The translations under genes were made by a program, and so were the position numbers. A DNA stretch of 64,000 nucleotides. Source: Bacteroidia bacterium. GTDB taxonomy: Bacteria; Bacteroidota; Bacteroidia; NS11-12g; UBA9320. The stretch's first letter is position 1. Every line of letters begins with the position of its first letter. The notes beneath the pieces are model-generated. The model saw nothing but the letters and a program-made list of their open reading frames with translations. It was not told where the DNA came from and did no database searches. Location of the stretch: positions 377 to 64,376 of the forward strand of contig JADHMR010000003.1 in NCBI GenBank assembly GCA_016779945.1. Reading direction: 5' to 3'. Below, piece after piece: positions 58,595 through 64,000 of the stretch.

Positions 58595-59941
58595 ATGACT
58601 AATTTTGAAGATACCATTATTGCACCAGCCACACCCTCTGGGGTTTCGGCTCTTGCTGTAATTCGTGTATCGGGCAACGATGCGATATCAATTGTCAACT
58701 CTTGTTTTTCGAAAGACATTAAAAAAGCAGATGGGTACACCATTCACTATGGACACATTCTCGATGGAACCAAAAAAGTGGATGAAGTTCTATTAAGTAT
58801 TTTCAGAAATCCTAAGTCTTACACAGGAGAAGACTCCGTAGAAATATCCGGTCATGGATCTCCATACATTGTTCAGCGAATTACCGAAACCATTTTAAGA
58901 AACGGTGCACGAATGGCAGAACCTGGAGAGTTTACCCTACGTGCATTTTTAAATAAAAAATTAGACCTCACACAAGCAGAAGCCGTCGCAGATATGATTA
59001 GCAGCAACAGTGAAGCTAGTTTACAAATGGCTATCCATCAAATGCGAGGAGGTTTTAGCAATGACATTGCAAAACTAAGACAAGAATTGATCGACTTTGC
59101 AGCACTAATCGAACTTGAAAATGATTTTGGCGAAGAAGATGTTGAGTTTGCTAACCGTCCAAAACTTAAAAGTTTAATCGAGTCACTACTTCATCAAATT
59201 GAAAAATTAAGGACATCATTTTCGGCAGGGAATGTGCTCAAAAATGGGATTAATACTGTAATTGCTGGTAAACCCAACGCAGGTAAAAGTACATTGCTAA
59301 ACGCCTTACTCAACGAGGAAAGAGCCATTGTTTCTGATGTTGCTGGAACTACACGAGATACGATAGAAGAGATTTTTACCCTAAAGGGTATTCAATTTCG
59401 ATTGATTGATACGGCTGGGTTGAGGGATAGCTCGGATAATATTGAACAGATTGGGGTAAGTAAAGCCAAAGAAAGCATACAAAAAGCCGATTTGATTATT
59501 TACCTATTTGATGCTCAAACAACCAATCGTAAACAACTTGAAACTGAACTTGCAGATCTTCCTCCTACTCGACGTTTGATTATACTTGCCAATAAGACAG
59601 ACAAACAATCTTGTAATCCCAAAGATTGGCCTGAAAACACCCTGTTCATTGCAGCAAAAACAAAAAATATTGACCCCCTTCTTGATGAATTAATCCGCAT
59701 AGCTAGTCAATATGAATATGGTAATGAGACATTGGTAAATAATGCTCGACATGCTGATGCGTTGAGTAAAAGTTCGACACTTCTTCAAAAGATTATTACG
59801 GGAATCAATGATGAAATCCCAAGTGATTTAATTGCCATTGATATCCGAAATACCTTGTACCAACTGGGACTAATTACAGGAGAAGTTACTAACGATGAAG
59901 TATTAGAATCCATTTTCACTCGTTTTTGTATTGGAAAGTAA
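58595..59941 (+). CDS. mnmE: tRNA modification GTPase MnmE
   Basis: TIIAPATP..G.SALAVIRVSG, G-domain GKPNAGKSTLLNAL and DTAGLR, and a C-terminal FCIGK. Confidence 0.95.
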   Translation: MTNFEDTIIAPATPSGVSALAVIRVSGNDAISIVNSCFSKDIKKADGYTIHYGHILDGTKKVDEVLLSIFRNPKSYTGEDSVEISGHGSPYIVQRITETILRNGARMAEPGEFTLRAFLNKKLDLTQAEAVADMISSNSEASLQMAIHQMRGGFSNDIAKLRQELIDFAALIELENDFGEEDVEFANRPKLKSLIESLLHQIEKLRTSFSAGNVLKNGINTVIAGKPNAGKSTLLNALLNEERAIVSDVAGTTRDTIEEIFTLKGIQFRLIDTAGLRDSSDNIEQIGVSKAKESIQKADLIIYLFDAQTTNRKQLETELADLPPTRRLIILANKTDKQSCNPKDWPENTLFIAAKTKNIDPLLDELIRIASQYEYGNETLVNNARHADALSKSSTLLQKIITGINDEIPSDLIAIDIRNTLYQLGLITGEVTNDEVLESIFTRFCIGK

Positions 59942-59963
59942 TCCCAATAAAAAACCACGATCT

Positions 59964-60191
59964 ATGCAACCAAACTCTGAAATACTGAAACAAGTTGTTA
60001 CTCAAAAGATGCCTTTCGGAAAGTACTCTGGAAGACTGATCGCAGACTTACCTGTTAGTTACTTAGAGTGGTTTAAGCGAAATGGTGGATTCCCAAAAGG
60101 GAAATTAGGTGAGCTTCTAGAAAATGTATATGTAATCAAATTAAATGGCCTCGAAGAAATCATTGATCGACTCAGAAAAGATTTAAAATAA
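59964..60191 (+). CDS. DUF3820-like small protein
   Basis: MPFGKYSGRLIADLPVSYLEWF..GFPKGKLGELL pattern. I use the ATG at 59964 rather than the TTG at 59931. Confidence 0.65.
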   Translation: MQPNSEILKQVVTQKMPFGKYSGRLIADLPVSYLEWFKRNGGFPKGKLGELLENVYVIKLNGLEEIIDRLRKDLK

Positions 60192-60192
60192 T

Positions 60193-63100
60193 TTATCTTA
60201 ATAGCATGATTTCTCCTTTTTCTTGGAATACGTCATTCTTGTAATCTTTGCCATACAAGGAATAATAATAGATGCCTTCGTGAACGTTCTCCCCGTCAAA
60301 AGTTCCATCCCAAGAATCTTTTATATCAGAGGACTGAAAAAGAATCTCTCCCCATCGATTGAATATAAGTATATTAAATTCTTTTACCCCTCTTGATGTA
60401 ATGGAAAACACATCATTAGTGTTGTCATTATTTGGACTGAACGCATTAGGAGTAAATAACTTAAAAGCATCTTCAACCTGCACCAGCTTTGTGAATATAT
60501 CCGAACAACCAATATCATTTTCTGCAATTAATGTAACTGCATAAAACCCTGTATCGGTATACCGATGGCTTGCTCCAAAACCATTGGTTGAGGATCCATC
60601 ACCAAAATCCCATGAATAATTAGTCGCATCCGTTGAGGTATTAGTAAAGACAAAATCAGGCTGATAATAGTTTGCAAGATCCGGAGTATGGCTGAAGCTA
60701 GCAGAAGGGTTTGGTAAAATTTCTAACTCATCTATTTTTAACAACGAATCCTTACAATCAAACTCATTGGTCACAACCAACTGTACAGAATACAATTTAT
60801 CTGAACTATAACTATGCTTCGTATTCGATTGATCACTAGTATTACCATCACCAAAATCCCACCTAAAACTACTTCCAAAACCTGTGTTGGTTTGATTCGT
60901 AAAATCAACCATATTACCAACGCAACTTGGATTTGGGCTTATATCAAAATCAACCGAAGGAAGTGGATTAACCACAAGTTTTGTCTTAGCTATTGCAGGT
61001 CGACTGCAATTGTCAGTTAGCGTAACCACATAAGTCGTTGTAGTTGTTGGTGCAACTGACTTATTAGGACCAATACCCAAACTATTGTTCCAAGTAAACT
61101 GATAATTACTAACTATTCCGCCTGTTGCAGATGGTAATAAATCATATGAATCTCCTATGCATAGCTCCACTTCTGATGGTAAATCAATAGCTAATTGAGG
61201 CCTAACTGAAACATAAACAGAATCTCTTGCTATACTTGGACTGCAACCGTCGTTCACTACAACAACTATTTTTTGATTTGAAAATAGGATAGGTAATGTG
61301 TAATCTTGAGAATTAGCAGCTCCATAATTCCATTTGTACGTGTAATTTGATGGATCACCACCTAAAACTTGAGCTTGATAGGTCGTATTTTCTCCATAAC
61401 AAGCTGTGTCCTTCCCAACTATGGAGACCTCCAATGGATCGCGTATTTCGATATTAACAGTTGCCTCTGGTTCGTATGAACTGCATCCATCGGATAATCG
61501 AACTTTATAACTCGTATTTACCAGAGGACTAACAACCATTGTATCTATTGTGGTTTTTCCGCTTCCCCAATCGTACTGATAGCTCAGTGGTGTTCCACCA
61601 TTTGGAGAGGCTTTTAAAGTAAGAGTTTGCCCTTCGCAAATAAGTGTATCTTTTGTGAGATTTATACTTAATGAGTCTCTAACATTAATGGTGTAAAATG
61701 CGGTATCATTTGTTGGCGTGCACTGGTCGGTGTAAGATATCCAATACGAGTGCTGCCCTGAACCTATAGGACTTACCGTCCAGGAAGCAGAAGAAGAGCT
61801 GCCCGAAGAATTTCCGTCCGAAAATAAGTAACTATAGGTTGATAACCCACCTGAAGGATTTATCTGTAATGTAGCTTCCTCGCCTTGACAAATTAGCGAT
61901 GGCGATTGTTGTGTATGGGATAACGAATCTCTAACCGAAACATTAAAAACAGTTGTATCATTTTTTGGGGAACATCCGTCCGATACAATCACCGAAATAA
62001 CTTCATCATCCCTAAATTGAGTTTTCCAATTATTAGTATCTACATTAAATGGCAACCAATTAAATGTATAATTCGTGGACAGTCCTCCAGATGCATTCGC
62101 GTTGAATTGAATAGGCTCTAAGAAACACAATGTGGTATCTGAAAAAGCATCAATTTTTAGCGGAGATAACACTTTTATAACTACAGAATCATAAATAAAC
62201 TCCTGCATACAGTCATCCCCAAATCTGAGGTATATAGTAGTGTCATTTCTTGGGTTTATTAGTAAACTATCTGTTCCAGCTTGAGCGTTCCATGTATAAC
62301 TGTAATCATCAGCACTACCACCCGACCCCACAGCGACTAGCCAAATATCTTGATTATAACAAACCGTTGTGTCTGGTGTTAGCGTCAAACCCAAACTCGG
62401 TCTAAATGCTTTAAATTCAGCTTTATATCCTGATAGTGTCGCTAGTTGATCGGAGAAATGTCGCAGTGTCACTGCACCTGAAGTTATTTTAATAGGCTTG
62501 CCCCCATTGGGAAGAGAATCTGCCGTATACCCACCAATAAATGTAGACGAAGTATTGGGACCATCATAAATATATAACGAATCAAAGCCCTCTTCATAAG
62601 CAAATTCACTAAATGTCAAATAGGCACTATCACTTTTTCCAAAATCTAATGTAATCGTGTCTCTAGTAAGATTGTAATAATCAGATTCACCAGCATGATC
62701 ATACACAAAACCCTTACAAACTTGGTAGGTAGTCCATTCACCCGGTATAGGAAGTGATGCTTTACAAATATCTCGTAATGAATCAATCTCAATGTAGGCT
62801 ACCTTTTCAATCGAATCTTTCACTCCAAAGAAACACCCTTCTGCAACGAGTTTAACGTCATATTTACCTTGAGCACCATAGATATTTGTTGGATTTTTTA
62901 ACGTTGATTTTTTTCCGTCACCAAAAGACCATGCATAACTTTTTGTATTAAAAGACTTATTTCTAAATGGTATAACATCGCTCGAAAAACAAAACAACGT
63001 GTCAGCACTAAAATCTACTGTAATTGAGGAACTATCATATTTTGAACCAACACCAACAGCGAACCAAGCATTAGTTGTAGCAATTACTTCATTGCTACAT

Positions 63101-64000
63101 GGTCCAAATAAGTCAGATGCAGATTGTATGGCGTAATAACGTGCCTCTTTGAAGTTAGAGGATGGAGTCAAATAAGAGGTCAAGTTACGATAGGCTATTT
63201 TTTGAGCTTTTCTGATTCCAATACTATCGACATCGAATGCGTCACCATTATCGTTCGTTCCTGAGACACCTTCAGTGAGTAAATAAAACCAGTAGTTCTG
63301 AACTCCACTATTAATATGAACACCTCCATTATCTGAAGGTGCGGTGTGCCAATAATCTCCTTTGTAGGTATCAGGATCTCTAAAATCATTTGGATTTTTC
63401 ATATTTCGGATTCCCCTCCCAGAAGAGGTAATATCCTCTCCCATACCCCAATCAAACTGAGTAGAATCTGCATAGAACTCAATCGCATTTCCAAAAATAT
63501 CACTGAAAGACTCGTTCAGAGCCCCACTCTCATATCGATATATTAGTCCAGCACTATTAGTCGTAACTGCATGAGCAACCTCGTGCCCGCAAATATCTAC
63601 ACTTGTTAGTGGAGACCATGAAGAACCATTTCCATCACCATAGGTCATGACATATCCATTCCAGAATGCATTCACATAATTTGATCTGTAATGAATGTAA
63701 CTTCTAATTTTAGCACCATTATCATCAAAGCTGTTTCTACCGAAATTATTATAAAAATAATCGTAGGTAGACTCTGCACCGAAGTGAGCATCTGTGGCAA
63801 CTTCGTCAAGATTGGCATTATAATTATTCCAATAATTATCGGCATCGGTAAAGTCAACTGCTGCAGCATATGAAGTTCCCTTTTGCATATTATAGGTTTC
63901 TATTCCATTGCCTCTTCCAGATTCTCGTAGCCTAAAATTAGTCGGGCTCGTACTATCAGTTTGTATTGAACGAACACCTCTATACTTGGTGTTTGCTGAT
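60193..64000 (-). CDS. mosaic secreted M4 (thermolysin-family) metalloprotease: M4 + PKD + CUB-like + 6 Ig-like modules + 2 PKD + T9SS type-B CTD; N-terminus outside the window
   Basis: HEVAH at 63571-63585 and GALNESFSD (third zinc ligand). WSFGDG/WDFGDG PKD motifs. C-terminus FTPNAFSPNNDNTNDVF..IFNRWGEILF..WDG..EGIYYY is the gliding-motility-associated type-B sorting domain. I checked that the frame stays open from 63888 to 64000 (..RGVRSIQTDSTSPTNFRLRESGRGNGIETYNM). Confidence 0.85.
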   Translation of the reverse strand, partial: SANTKYRGVRSIQTDSTSPTNFRLRESGRGNGIETYNMQKGTSYAAAVDFTDADNYWNNYNANLDEVATDAHFGAESTYDYFYNNFGRNSFDDNGAKIRSYIHYRSNYVNAFWNGYVMTYGDGNGSSWSPLTSVDICGHEVAHAVTTNSAGLIYRYESGALNESFSDIFGNAIEFYADSTQFDWGMGEDITSSGRGIRNMKNPNDFRDPDTYKGDYWHTAPSDNGGVHINSGVQNYWFYLLTEGVSGTNDNGDAFDVDSIGIRKAQKIAYRNLTSYLTPSSNFKEARYYAIQSASDLFGPCSNEVIATTNAWFAVGVGSKYDSSSITVDFSADTLFCFSSDVIPFRNKSFNTKSYAWSFGDGKKSTLKNPTNIYGAQGKYDVKLVAEGCFFGVKDSIEKVAYIEIDSLRDICKASLPIPGEWTTYQVCKGFVYDHAGESDYYNLTRDTITLDFGKSDSAYLTFSEFAYEEGFDSLYIYDGPNTSSTFIGGYTADSLPNGGKPIKITSGAVTLRHFSDQLATLSGYKAEFKAFRPSLGLTLTPDTTVCYNQDIWLVAVGSGGSADDYSYTWNAQAGTDSLLINPRNDTTIYLRFGDDCMQEFIYDSVVIKVLSPLKIDAFSDTTLCFLEPIQFNANASGGLSTNYTFNWLPFNVDTNNWKTQFRDDEVISVIVSDGCSPKNDTTVFNVSVRDSLSHTQQSPSLICQGEEATLQINPSGGLSTYSYLFSDGNSSGSSSSASWTVSPIGSGQHSYWISYTDQCTPTNDTAFYTINVRDSLSINLTKDTLICEGQTLTLKASPNGGTPLSYQYDWGSGKTTIDTMVVSPLVNTSYKVRLSDGCSSYEPEATVNIEIRDPLEVSIVGKDTACYGENTTYQAQVLGGDPSNYTYKWNYGAANSQDYTLPILFSNQKIVVVVNDGCSPSIARDSVYVSVRPQLAIDLPSEVELCIGDSYDLLPSATGGIVSNYQFTWNNSLGIGPNKSVAPTTTTTYVVTLTDNCSRPAIAKTKLVVNPLPSVDFDISPNPSCVGNMVDFTNQTNTGFGSSFRWDFGDGNTSDQSNTKHSYSSDKLYSVQLVVTNEFDCKDSLLKIDELEILPNPSASFSHTPDLANYYQPDFVFTNTSTDATNYSWDFGDGSSTNGFGASHRYTDTGFYAVTLIAENDIGCSDIFTKLVQVEDAFKLFTPNAFSPNNDNTNDVFSITSRGVKEFNILIFNRWGEILFQSSDIKDSWDGTFDGENVHEGIYYYSLYGKDYKNDVFQEKGEIMLLR
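60964..62382 (-). repeat. six tandem ~78-aa Cys-bracketed Ig-like modules (protein-level repeat inside the M4 protease gene)
   Basis: Each module has C...GG(x4-6)Y.Y.W...(T/S)Y.V...D.C...V.V.V. Cys pairs are at aa 510/560, 588/639, 667/723, 751/802, 830/882 and 910/961, numbered from the Met at 63888. Confidence 0.75.

Noticed and set aside
60964-62382. Periodic structure that could be mistaken for a DNA repeat array or CRISPR.
   Set aside because: The periodicity is about 235 nt and sits inside an intact reading frame. It is conserved at the protein-motif level only, with no short direct repeats and spacers.

Overview
AT-rich, densely packed chromosomal segment that I assign to Bacteroidota. 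Grounds: T9SS type-A-like and type-B C-terminal sorting domains, recurrent TAnnTTTG -7 promoter boxes in front of genes, ompH-ompH-murI synteny, and a short ATP synthase epsilon subunit. I cannot place it below phylum. I support about 54 protein-coding genes, one partial at each window edge, plus one ncRNA that the ORF track cannot show (small SRP RNA, minus strand, ~19487-19573) and three hairpin terminators. I saw no tRNA, rRNA, CRISPR array, transposase, integrase or prophage-like genes. Most of the window is housekeeping: lgt, mtaB, gatB, alaS, pdxJ, atpDC, gltA, ruvC, greA, murI, trmB, gmhA, mnmE. It does not look like an accessory island, and I found nothing I can assert to be a new system. 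Five loci are worth follow-up. (1) A three-gene outer-membrane module at 30507-39271: a giant CarboxypepD_reg/Plug barrel, a 1282-aa protein with a T9SS-CTD-like tail, and a PorV/PorQ-like barrel. (2) A ComEA-type helix-hairpin-helix domain fused to a large putative outer-membrane barrel, coupled to a small barrel gene (12025-14908). (3) A five-gene operon joining three periplasmic parvulin/SurA-like chaperones to a partner-less MoxR ATPase and a DnaQ/GIY-YIG nuclease (43837-50305). (4) A mosaic M4 protease with a CUB-like domain, six tandem Ig-like modules, PKD domains and a type-B CTD (60193-64000). (5) An orphan plus-strand terminator in the longest non-coding gap (17487-17960). All protein calls rest on motifs I recognised by eye. 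No database search, HMM scan or RNA folding was run.
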